Shown in pieces: positions 19,353-27,581 of a stretch of DNA of 64,000 nt. Position 1 is the stretch's first letter; each line of letters starts with the position of its first letter. The DNA is from Escherichia virus TH32. The notes beneath the pieces were generated by a model. That model ran no database searches. It was not told where the DNA came from and worked only from the letters and a program-made list of their open reading frames with translations. The stretch lies in sequence record MT446405.1; one strand, given 5' to 3'. The translations under genes were made by a program, and so were the position numbers.

Positions 19353-21656
19353 ATGCCAAGGCTAATATTCAAAAACAACTTTGAGGTCGCACTGGCTCAG
19401 CCAACGACGACTTCAGACACCACAATCACAATCCGCTCAGGGTCTGGCTTTCCGACCTTGGCCGCAAACGAGCGTGTAGTGGCGACAATCGTCGACGCTG
19501 CAACAGGCCTCCAATTCGAAATCGTCACAGTAACAGCCGTGGTCGGAAACGTGTTGACTGTCCAGCGTGCACAGGAAGGTACTGCAGCGCGTGCATGGGC
19601 GGCTGGCGACATGCTCTCCATTCGAACTACTGCTGCGACTTTGACTAATACCGTCCGAAATTACGGCACAATTCCATCAGGGATGGATTTGAACGCATTA
19701 GATGGCACCTGGTTTGGGGAATATCAGCAACCAAGTGCAGGCGCGGCATCCAGTTCTTTACACTATCCTGTTTCACAAGCAGGGGTATTACTTGTCAAAC
19801 AGGTGAACGAGCAAAATCCATCTCACTGCATTCAAATATACTATCCTACACTGGAAGGAATAGTATATGTCAGAAGGTACAGAGGTTCATGGACTGGATG
19901 GGTTCAAATGTTTGGTCAAGGCGATGTTATTCCAGTAGGGAATGGCGGTACAGGCCAAACAACCATTCAGGGGATGAAAGACGCTTTTGGATTTGGAACA
20001 GTTGCTGATCAGAATATAGTTCCGACTTCCATGGGCGGCACAGGTTCTGCTGATAATGCTCAAGCATGGCTCAACATTCGACCGCAAGGTTCAACGCCGC
20101 TGGCGGGTGACCCAGTAAACGATTATGACGCTACGACTAAACGTTGGGTTGAGAACTTGATCAACACAGGCACCGTTGGCCCAAGCATGAACGGTGTCAT
20201 GAATTATGGCGTTGGCGATTTCCATTTACGAGATAGTCGTGCTTACATCCAACCGTATGAAGTTGTTGCAGACGGGCAATTGCTAAACCGTGCGGACTGG
20301 CCTGAGCTTTGGGCTTATGCGCAGATGCTGACGCCTATTGCTGATGCAGACTGGCTTGCAGACCCTTTGAAGCGCGGAAAATATTCGCTTGGTAACGGCA
20401 CAACAACATTCCGTGTACCAGACCGTAACGGTGTGCAAACAGGGTCCATAGATTCATTGTATGCACGTGGCGACGGTGGAATATCAAGTTTAAACGGTAA
20501 CGTGATCGAATCAGGCGCACCAAACATTACTGGATCACTAAGGACTGTAACTTCTTATTCGGTCTTCGAGTCTGTATCAGGAGTCACAGGAGCATTTAAC
20601 GGTTCAGAGTTGCAACAATACGCGGGGTTGACTGTAGCGCCTGGTTCTGCAAGTAACTATCCGAGAACGGTAACGTTCAACGCATCAAGGTCAAGTCCTG
20701 TTTACGGCAGAACTTCCACTGAAATCCGACCGAAATCATTCATCGGTGTTTGGGTGATTCGTGCATCTGGTGGATTTGTTGCTGCGAATACGCAGTGGAG
20801 TGTAATTACTGGTGACTCATCCCGTCCGTCATCAGGAGTAACAACGGACGGTGGCGAAATAATTTCAAGATATAATATTGGAACGGCACAGGAAGCCCAG
20901 ATGAGCTGGCGCGTCCGAGCTTTAATCGGCGGGACATATTATGCTCGACTTAATGTATCGAACGCAACAAAAGGCACCACCACTGTATTTGATTTTGACG
21001 ACACTGGCGCAATGGCTGCTCCTGGTCCAATTTCTGCTGGTGCTGCTGGTTCCAATTTTAAAAGCACAATAGAAGTAAATAACGTTTCTTATCCAGGACT
21101 TTTGTTCAAGCCTACGTACACAAATGGAAGCGTGATACCTGATACTGTTGTTGGAGGGAATACATTTTTTGAATGCTCATTTATTCAGGGGCAAATATCA
21201 GGCGTGCAATTGTATCGTAGAAGGAAAGACGGGATTGCCACAGGGCAAATAGCAATTTCCTTCCCTACCACTGCAGGAACGCTTGCACTTCAAGGCACAT
21301 CAGGCATTGAATATAAAAAGGACGTTGTAGATGCAGATGCCAAGGAAGCTATGGAGCGAATCAATTCGCAGCGTCTTGTCAATTTCATTTATAAGGATGA
21401 TGAGCAAGAGCGTGTGAGATTTGGTATAATCGCTGAAGAAGCAGAATTGATTGCGCCGCAATATATCAAGCACAATCAAGAAAACGTTTCCGACATTCTT
21501 GATGAAGAAGGAAACAAGATAGGCGAGGAAACGCGCGACCGACCTTCAGTTGACACCAACCCAATCGTAATGGACTTGATGGGTTGTGTGCAATATCTCA
21601 ATAAGCAGATTGAGGATTTGAAGGCAGAGATAGCCGCGCTGAAAGCAGCGAAATAA
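19353..21656 (+). CDS. Tail fibre protein with C-terminal intramolecular-chaperone-like domain
   Basis: 767 aa, G/T/S-rich; C-terminal ~120 aa (GTSGIEYKKDVVDADAKEAMERINSQRLVNFIYKDDEQERVRFGIIAEEAELIAPQY ... coiled-coil end) resembles the autoproteolytic chaperone domains of phage fibres and tailspikes. Confidence 0.6.
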   Translation: MPRLIFKNNFEVALAQPTTTSDTTITIRSGSGFPTLAANERVVATIVDAATGLQFEIVTVTAVVGNVLTVQRAQEGTAARAWAAGDMLSIRTTAATLTNTVRNYGTIPSGMDLNALDGTWFGEYQQPSAGAASSSLHYPVSQAGVLLVKQVNEQNPSHCIQIYYPTLEGIVYVRRYRGSWTGWVQMFGQGDVIPVGNGGTGQTTIQGMKDAFGFGTVADQNIVPTSMGGTGSADNAQAWLNIRPQGSTPLAGDPVNDYDATTKRWVENLINTGTVGPSMNGVMNYGVGDFHLRDSRAYIQPYEVVADGQLLNRADWPELWAYAQMLTPIADADWLADPLKRGKYSLGNGTTTFRVPDRNGVQTGSIDSLYARGDGGISSLNGNVIESGAPNITGSLRTVTSYSVFESVSGVTGAFNGSELQQYAGLTVAPGSASNYPRTVTFNASRSSPVYGRTSTEIRPKSFIGVWVIRASGGFVAANTQWSVITGDSSRPSSGVTTDGGEIISRYNIGTAQEAQMSWRVRALIGGTYYARLNVSNATKGTTTVFDFDDTGAMAAPGPISAGAAGSNFKSTIEVNNVSYPGLLFKPTYTNGSVIPDTVVGGNTFFECSFIQGQISGVQLYRRRKDGIATGQIAISFPTTAGTLALQGTSGIEYKKDVVDADAKEAMERINSQRLVNFIYKDDEQERVRFGIIAEEAELIAPQYIKHNQENVSDILDEEGNKIGEETRDRPSVDTNPIVMDLMGCVQYLNKQIEDLKAEIAALKAAK

Positions 21657-21663
21657 TTCACTC

Positions 21664-21690
21664 AAGGCGCTGAAAAGCGCCTTTACTTTA
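21664..21690 (+). terminator. Putative intrinsic terminator after the tail fibre gene
   Basis: Hairpin aaggcgc-tgaaaa-gcgcctt followed by a T-rich tail (tacttta); the T-run is weak. Confidence 0.35.
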
Positions 21691-21725
21691 TGCGCTATTA
21701 AGTTATACTCATTATACGTTAACAG

Positions 21726-22025
21726 GTGAGGTGGTTTATGAAATTCGAAGACATCGATAAGGCTCAAAAAGCAAAGGCTCTTCCAAAATATTTGATTTGC
21801 GGCATTGACCCTGCAGACAAGCGCCTTGTCTTTTTGAAAGCCGTCAAGGGTGATGAACATGGCAACGCAGTTGATTGGTGCATCCCGCTCTTTGAGACAA
21901 AGGGAGAAGCCGAACAGGCATTGTTAGAAAGCAAGATGCCTTCGCATTACAAAGTCAGGACTCAAGATGAAATTCCAACCTTGATTTTGGACAACATTAA
22001 CAGCGGAGAAGACTCTAATGGATAA
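21726..22025 (+). CDS. Hypothetical protein
   Basis: 99-aa ORF with GGTGAGG RBS. Confidence 0.4.
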   Translation: MRWFMKFEDIDKAQKAKALPKYLICGIDPADKRLVFLKAVKGDEHGNAVDWCIPLFETKGEAEQALLESKMPSHYKVRTQDEIPTLILDNINSGEDSNG

Positions 22026-22116
22026 AGAGGCACGACGCTTTGCATTTTGGGGAACGGTTTGTGTTGTCGCCCTGTTTGGAATCGTTTACGCAATCATCCA
22101 CGCTGCTGCGGCATAA
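22018..22116 (+). CDS. Small membrane protein (32 aa)
   Basis: MDKEARRFAFWGTVCVVALFGIVYAIIHAAAA; start overlaps the upstream stop; single TM. Confidence 0.25.
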   Translation: MDKEARRFAFWGTVCVVALFGIVYAIIHAAAA

Positions 22117-22118
22117 TT

Positions 22119-22514
22119 ATGATCATCGATATTGAAAAGGCGCTCAAGCGCGAATTGACGCCAGGTGCGACCCCTGGCGAGGAAGCCTACTACCGACCAA
22201 AAGCGCAGCGCACCAATGAGATTCCTGTTGTTAAGCGGACAGTGAATAAGAACGGTCAGCGGTCTAGGATGCGCTCTATCCGGTCCGGTGAAAGGCTGAA
22301 AACGATTCGCCAGTGTCTACAACGTCTCGAAATCATGGGTTGTCGCGCTTATATCGACCCTGATGGAAAGGTTCTGGTGAGAATTGGCAATAGTACACAA
22401 CTACAAGACGGATTGCCATGCGGTGAATCCAGACCTATTACCAAGACCGACCGTGTGGCTACGGGTCGCGAGATTGAGGAAAGTTGGTTAGGTGCTTTCT
22501 TATTAAAATATTGA
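22119..22514 (+). CDS. Hypothetical basic protein
   Basis: Track ORF 22047..22514; start moved to the internal Met (MIIDIEK) that follows the small ORF. Confidence 0.4.
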   Translation: MIIDIEKALKRELTPGATPGEEAYYRPKAQRTNEIPVVKRTVNKNGQRSRMRSIRSGERLKTIRQCLQRLEIMGCRAYIDPDGKVLVRIGNSTQLQDGLPCGESRPITKTDRVATGREIEESWLGAFLLKY

Positions 22515-22521
22515 GGTTGAA

Positions 22522-22770
22522 ATGAATCAAAATGAATCAGTAGCATTCTTACAATGGCTGGAAGGTGTGGTGGAGTATTACGCTCCAAAAGACCGTTTCA
22601 TCTTTCAAGGCAAAAGCTTCAAGCGCAAAGGTCAAGCACAGAAAGCAGCGCGTAAGTACTGGAAGGAAGTTTATTCAGAGTTCTTTCAGCAGATGGGCAT
22701 TATCGGTGCGACCGTATCCGGCGACCCAGCACAGTTGGTATCGATTGATGAATCCAATCGTTACAATTAA
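22522..22770 (+). CDS. Hypothetical protein
   Basis: 82-aa ORF with GAGG RBS. Confidence 0.45.
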   Translation: MNQNESVAFLQWLEGVVEYYAPKDRFIFQGKSFKRKGQAQKAARKYWKEVYSEFFQQMGIIGATVSGDPAQLVSIDESNRYN

Positions 22771-22845
22771 TAAACCGATTTGAATGCCGCGCCATGCGGC
22801 TTTATTATAGTTATTGTTAATCACCCAAATATTAAAGGTAATGAT

Positions 22846-23226
22846 ATGTCAAATAAAAATGATTCTATGAGTCACACATATACTAAAGGCAGCGGCATTG
22901 CTTTTGGTTCCAGCATCAAAATTGACGCTCCACCTTGCTATTCTGATGGATTGGAAGTTGGCAACCGTGACTTGACATGGGTTTTACGTCGCCAATCCGA
23001 TTTAGAAGAGAAGTTGGAAAATATTGAGCGTTCTCTCGAAAGTTTGCGCGACCAGCTTTTTGGTTGTTCTGAAGATGATTCTAAATCTCCAGAGTATTGC
23101 GTTAATCATGGTTTGATTGATAATATGCTCGCCACAACCGCTCGATCAATTGGTAAAACTGTGTCCATTGAGTCGTTGATCAGCCAGATTGCTGATGGAT
23201 TTGGTGATGCCCATAAGAGTGAATAG
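22846..23226 (+). CDS. Hypothetical protein
   Basis: Track ORF 22780..23226; start at the internal Met with AAAGG RBS; last plus-strand gene before the ORF-free island. Confidence 0.45.
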   Translation: MSNKNDSMSHTYTKGSGIAFGSSIKIDAPPCYSDGLEVGNRDLTWVLRRQSDLEEKLENIERSLESLRDQLFGCSEDDSKSPEYCVNHGLIDNMLATTARSIGKTVSIESLISQIADGFGDAHKSE

Positions 23227-23257
23227 TGGGTGGATGTTGCTTTAACCGTGAATCGTG

Positions 23258-23285
23258 GGTCGCTGTGGCGGCCCTTTCTTTTGCC
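23258..23285 (+). terminator. Putative terminator after the plus-strand gene block
   Basis: Imperfect GC hairpin gggtcgc-tgtg-gcggccc followed by tttcttttg. Confidence 0.3.
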
Positions 23286-23924
23286 TGCCGCGCAGGAGTG
23301 TACTGCAAATTTCCTGTGGGTACAAAATAGTACGGTACTGTCCAGGACTTTTTCTTTGAAAAGTTAGTGGACCAAATGTGTAGTATTTTGATTAGTGTAC
23401 CGCAAATTCCATCAAGTACCAAAACGCACCAAAAGACCCATGCCATAAAAACCACACGAACGCAATAATCAATCGACGTTACAGTTTCCAGCGTTACAAT
23501 TCGAAAGCGAATGATTCGACGCATAATAATATGAAGCATAATGATTCGAAAGCAAATGATTGCGTGTAGGATAATATCGGTGGGGATTATTCTAGATGCA
23601 TGTAATTTCGCATGCGTACTATTTTCGGACGAAGGGTCGGCATATTCCTCGTTTTAGTTCGGAACGAAGGGAAAGTTTTGCGCCTTTATAAAACAACGAC
23701 TTACGCGACCCGCCCTAACGGTCCGATATAGGTGTCTATATAAAACAAGGACTTACGCGATGTTCTCCATTTAACGTAATACCTGTTATGCGAACTAAGA
23801 CGCATCTCGAAGAAGATTATGCGACGACGAAGGGAAGGATAAAGGAGTTTTCGCGTAGGAGCGCATCGAGATAGGGACGAAGAAAAGCCGCGACTAAGCG
23901 CGGCCTATTAGTAACGGAAGGGTA

Positions 23925-24215
23925 TTATAAGGAGACGATTTTAAAATAAGTTACTTCGCCGCCGAGTTGCGGTACAGCGATATATTCGCCGCCGATTTCG
24001 GTAATCGTATAAACGAAGCCGTTAATCGTTACGCGATAGGATACGATGTCCTCGTCGCGATACTTGTAAAGGTCGAGGAAGTTGATCGGCTCATAAATAG
24101 ACTCGATAATCGCGTCTACGTTAGAGAGATAAACGCTCTCTAAGGTTTCGCCAAATACGTTAGAGTTTTCGGAAGTTTCGACGCGAGCGGAACGGATAGC
24201 GGCTAAAGTAATCAT
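23925..24215 (-). CDS. Island paralog family member 1 (96 aa), unknown function
   Basis: AGGAG RBS; paralogous to 24850..25134 and 24324..24626 (shared SEN..VY..NVD..IE, F.LY, NG(F/Y), EIG blocks); own promoter-leader cassette. Confidence 0.55.
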   Translation of the reverse strand: MITLAAIRSARVETSENSNVFGETLESVYLSNVDAIIESIYEPINFLDLYKYRDEDIVSYRVTINGFVYTITEIGGEYIAVPQLGGEVTYFKIVSL

Positions 24216-24283
24216 AATAATCTCCTAGTTGGTCGGGCGGGTAGCGACCTATTCGCTACCTCATCCCCTCTCGATATAAAACA

Positions 24284-24320
24284 TTATAGTCTTAGTGTAC
24301 GAAGAAGTAAAGCACTTTTT
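24284..24320 (-). promoter_or_regulatory. Conserved promoter of paralog 1 (CTTTACTTCTTCGTACACT ... TATAAT)
   Basis: Minus-sense GTGCTTTACTTCTTCGTACACTAAGACTATAAT followed by the ATATCGAG leader; the same element precedes the other two paralogs. Confidence 0.5.
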
Positions 24321-24323
24321 TCG

Positions 24324-24626
24324 TTATTTTGCGATAAAATATTTATAAGCTTTATCGCCTTCTACGTCGATATACTCGACGATAATTAATGCTTCGCCGC
24401 GAGGCGTAACCGTCTCGATAAGGGTAACGGCTTCGTCGTCGGTCTTCGCGAAGCGGATGGCGCTACGTTCGGCGTATTTAATTTCGTCGAAGGAAAGGCC
24501 GACGAAGGCGACGGCGCGCGCTTTAATAATGCTCGTTTCGAGTTCCGCGTTAACGGCAGCGATAAGAGAGCGAACGGTTAAGCGGTCTTCGTCGTAAGTA
24601 AGGATGGAAGAGATTAAAGTAGTCAT
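24324..24626 (-). CDS. Island paralog family member 2 (about 100 aa), unknown function
   Basis: Track ORF 24324..24683; start placed at the internal Met MTTLISS (RBS GGAG) which aligns with the paralog N-termini; conserved promoter upstream. Confidence 0.5.
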   Translation of the reverse strand: MTTLISSILTYDEDRLTVRSLIAAVNAELETSIIKARAVAFVGLSFDEIKYAERSAIRFAKTDDEAVTLIETVTPRGEALIIVEYIDVEGDKAYKYFIAK

Positions 24627-24683
24627 AATAAAGCTCCCGATGCTAGTAGAAGGAAGGGCCATCGCCCGTCTCGATATAAACAA

Positions 24684-24725
24684 GTATACGCGAGTGTACG
24701 AAGAAGTAAAGAAAAAGATAAAATA
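24684..24725 (-). promoter_or_regulatory. Conserved promoter of paralog 2
   Basis: Minus-sense CTTTACTTCTTCGTACACTcgcgTATACT then tgtttATATCGAGACGGG. Confidence 0.45.
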
Positions 24726-24747
24726 ATTTATCGCATTTTTATCGAAA

Positions 24748-24790
24748 AAGTGCTTTACTTTTTTCTACACTATATTATAATGTACTCATA
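24748..24790 (+). promoter_or_regulatory. Conserved promoter of paralog 3 (divergent from the paralog 2 promoter)
   Basis: GTGCTTTACTTTTTTCTACACTatatTATAAT then gtactcATATCGGGACGGG. Confidence 0.5.
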
Positions 24791-24849
24791 TCGGGACGGG
24801 ATGAGTTAACGAATAGGTCGTTAACGCCTCTCCCAACTAGGAGTTTAAA

Positions 24850-25134
24850 ATGGCTATTCTTAACGTTTCTTCTATCCGTAACGCCATCGTCGAGAACTAC
24901 GGCGTAAAACAAAAATTATCCGAAGTCTACGCCGCGAACGTAGACCAAACTATCGAAGAGGGTGGGGTAACGGTCGCCGAGGCTTTTAAACTTTACGCGG
25001 CGTTACCGGAATCGGACCGCGAAGCCTTCGAAGTAAACGTTAACGGATACTTCTTCGAAGCGGTCGAAATCGGTAATATTTTACTCGTTATGGGCGAAGA
25101 AGAATTTGAGACCTTCTCCCTCGTCGAAGCGTAA
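24850..25134 (+). CDS. Island paralog family member 3 (94 aa), unknown function
   Basis: AGGAG RBS; clear paralogy to 23925..24215; leader carries a conserved hairpin. Confidence 0.55.
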   Translation: MAILNVSSIRNAIVENYGVKQKLSEVYAANVDQTIEEGGVTVAEAFKLYAALPESDREAFEVNVNGYFFEAVEIGNILLVMGEEEFETFSLVEA

Positions 25135-25214
25135 GAGAGGATTTTTAGAGCGTCGTGCGCGGCGCTTTAATAAAATTCTTTCGCGCCTAGCGCCCTAACA
25201 AATAGGAGTTTATT

Positions 25215-25841
25215 ATGGTTAGCTTAAATCGCTTTTCTACTAGCGGCGACGTTATCGCAACTAAGACCGCCGACCTCGTTGCATTTTACAATGCAAATTC
25301 CGGTTCGAAGCCGATTAAAAAGTTCGCTGACCGCCGGACCGCCGAGACTCGCGTAATCGCGCTAATCGAGTCCTTAAACGCGCTCGATGAGCCGTCCAAC
25401 GAATCGCCCATCCCAGACGCGAAGCCGCGCGAGGAAGTGTCCAGCGATGTAAAAACGCACAAGGCGCGTGCGGTCGTTAAAAAGGCCGAGCCGACCCAGG
25501 AAGAACTCGACGCGATGAGCGATGAAGAGTATGAAGCCTTCGTTAAGAGCGGCTTAAACGATAGTGCAAATTGCGTAGTGCAAAATGGAACTCCTTCCCA
25601 TCGCCGTTCGAATAGCGAAGGTATTGCAAAAAGTTGGGATAATAAGGAAGTGGCGCAAAAGCGTCTTACCCGTAACGGCGTTATGGTCGAGGGTGTAGGC
25701 GAGTTCAAATCGGTCCGCGTAGCATTCGCCGCGCTGGGCTTACCGGATAGCAAACACATTCGCTTCCGTATGAAGCTTAAGGAAGCTGGGCGCTTGAACT
25801 TCGAGTTCGGCAACAAGTCCTACACATTCCAGATTATCTAA
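25215..25841 (+). CDS. Hypothetical protein (208 aa)
   Basis: AGGAG RBS; shares the CG-rich codon style of the island; contains two ATAGTGCAAA boxes read as D-S-A-N-C. Confidence 0.45.
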   Translation: MVSLNRFSTSGDVIATKTADLVAFYNANSGSKPIKKFADRRTAETRVIALIESLNALDEPSNESPIPDAKPREEVSSDVKTHKARAVVKKAEPTQEELDAMSDEEYEAFVKSGLNDSANCVVQNGTPSHRRSNSEGIAKSWDNKEVAQKRLTRNGVMVEGVGEFKSVRVAFAALGLPDSKHIRFRMKLKEAGRLNFEFGNKSYTFQII

Positions 25842-25891
25842 TCGAATGGCGGCCCTTCGGGGTCGCTTTTCATAGTGCAAATTGGTGGCTT

Positions 25892-26155
25892 ATGAATACG
25901 CTTATTCTCATCGCTACGTTGTCCATCGGAAGTGGTCGCACCTTATCCCTTTACGACCATAGTGCAAATTGCGCTTACCCTACGCGCGTTGCGGCAATAG
26001 TTAATAGTGCAAATCGAATGCTATTCGAAACTTGTTGGCGGGTCGATAACGAGAAAGGGCGCATCGTCTTAGGTTATAGTGCGAATCTGCTGGTGGAGTC
26101 GTTCGATTGGACGGTTGAAGGTCGTAAATTGTTACGTAAGGTGACTAAAAGATGA
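25892..26155 (+). CDS. Questionable ORF overlapping the ATAGTGCAAAT boxes
   Basis: 87-aa ORF whose frame reads the boxes as xSAN; no convincing RBS; may be non-coding. Confidence 0.25.
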   Translation: MNTLILIATLSIGSGRTLSLYDHSANCAYPTRVAAIVNSANRMLFETCWRVDNEKGRIVLGYSANLLVESFDWTVEGRKLLRKVTKR

Positions 26156-26269
26156 CTTATAATAATACACTTTCTAACGCGTTTATGGTTGTAACCTTCC
26201 CCGTCGTATTACCGATGGCCCTAGAAGTGGAGAAAATGTGTTCTAGGGCCGTTTTATAGTGCAAATTGG

Positions 26270-26758
26270 CTAGTGGCGGGAGAATTGCTCGCCTTCTTTG
26301 GCCGCCTCTCCGAAATCCTTGTAGAAATCGTCCATGGAACGGCCCATTTTACTATTGCCGTTTTCATCAATCATCGTGATGCCGTAGATGATATTCAGTT
26401 CACGAATAGCATTAAGTTTGGCTGACGCCGCGACTTCTGGATCACGCACAAGCTTGACCAAATTGTGAATTGCACCTTTTACGCTCCACAAATCCTTGAG
26501 TGGCATCTCTTCCATACGCTTTTTGAAGCGCATTTTGTAGTATGGGTTGCGTTGCGCGCAAAGGATTCGCTGGCCAGTGTAGCTATCCGTTGCAACTTCC
26601 ATTCCAAATACTAGTGCAAAAGCTGCGCGCATGTCATGGCCCTGAATAACAAGGTCAATGAACTCATCGAATAAAGCCTGATTGTGCTCTGCAAATCGCG
26701 GGTCTTCAAAGTCTTCAGGCATCGCTACATAATCTTGACTCATAGTGCAAAATCCCAT
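26270..26758 (-). CDS. Hypothetical protein (162 aa)
   Basis: Minus-strand ORF with typical phage codon style; start region coincides with the ATAGTGCAAAT boxes, so the true start may be the second Met (MSQDY, at 26743). Confidence 0.45.
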   Translation of the reverse strand: MGFCTMSQDYVAMPEDFEDPRFAEHNQALFDEFIDLVIQGHDMRAAFALVFGMEVATDSYTGQRILCAQRNPYYKMRFKKRMEEMPLKDLWSVKGAIHNLVKLVRDPEVAASAKLNAIRELNIIYGITMIDENGNSKMGRSMDDFYKDFGEAAKEGEQFSRH

Positions 26759-26969
26759 AGTGCAAATTAATAGTGTGAATTATACAATGGATGGACATTA
26801 TATTCAAGTGCAGATTGATGTTCATTATGGCTATAAACGTACACAAATCACAGTGCTGAATGGATAACGGACCGTGGTGCGTGGTGTACTGTTTGATACG
26901 TATAAAAGAAATCCATCCCTTTTGCCGCTTGTTATGCAAATCAATGACTTAGCCGCTGCTGGCTGGTCG

Positions 26970-27300
26970 AAGCGTATCATGACGTATCATCCGTATTGCC
27001 GCAAGTCTTTGTTTTTACTTATATCTTACGGATAATACGTTAAATATATAAATTAACATAAGTATGAGGATGTAGAAAAAAATTAATTTAAATGATTTTA
27101 AAATGGAGTTAATTAATTTTTCAAATTATATATATAACGATGCCCAGTTTTATCCGTATCATCCGTAAGATTAATGTACAAGCCAGGCGCGGCAAGGGCT
27201 GTACACTGATACGGATAAAAAACCATGACGTATCATGACGTAAGGGTGTACCAATTTGGAAAGGATGAATCCAGGAACGGCGCGGCCTGTAGCCATGATA
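26970..27300. repeat. Second iteron/AT-rich region, homologous to 10780..11060
   Basis: cgtatcatgacgtatcatccgta (26975), AT-rich 27040-27140, ttatccgtatcatccgtaagatt (27149; near-identical to 10989-11015), gatacggataaaaa (27208), catgacgtatcatgacgta (27226). Confidence 0.7.
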
Positions 27301-27581
27301 CGCTTAATTTTTAACCGTATTTTAGGCGTATCAAATGTGTTCAAACACCAAGTTTCACGACACTAAAATTTCAATCCATAGACAATTCCTAACAAACACC
27401 ACGGACTAATAGATACGCCCTATAAAATATATTTCTAAATATTTCCGCACAATCAATAAATAAAACACAACCTCATAATCATTCCATCGCAAAACACGAC
27501 CCAAACAACAAAAGGCCGCATAAAGCGACCCATTGCACACATTCCATTCTTCAAAACACGTAAACAGTGTTCGTTTATTCA

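Larger units (their letters stand above)
25872..26780. repeat. Cluster of ATAGTGCAAAT boxes (at least 8 copies, all in the same orientation)
   Basis: Copies at 25872, 25959, 26004, 26076 (one mismatch), 26256, 26742, 26757 and 26770 (degenerate), plus 25561/25577 inside the upstream ORF. Confidence 0.7.

Noticed and set aside
23227-23924. tRNA genes in the ORF-free region
   Set aside because: No segment shows the expected acceptor stem with a GTTCRANYC-type T-loop and D-loop arrangement on either strand.
26270-26758. Terminase small subunit assignment for this protein
   Set aside because: Only a vague helical DNA-binding impression; it is not adjacent to the large terminase gene and has no recognisable motif.
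25872-26780. CRISPR-like array interpretation of the ATAGTGCAAAT repeats
   Set aside because: The repeat core is only 11-14 bp, spacing is irregular (45-180 bp) and there are no conserved longer repeat units or flanking leader.
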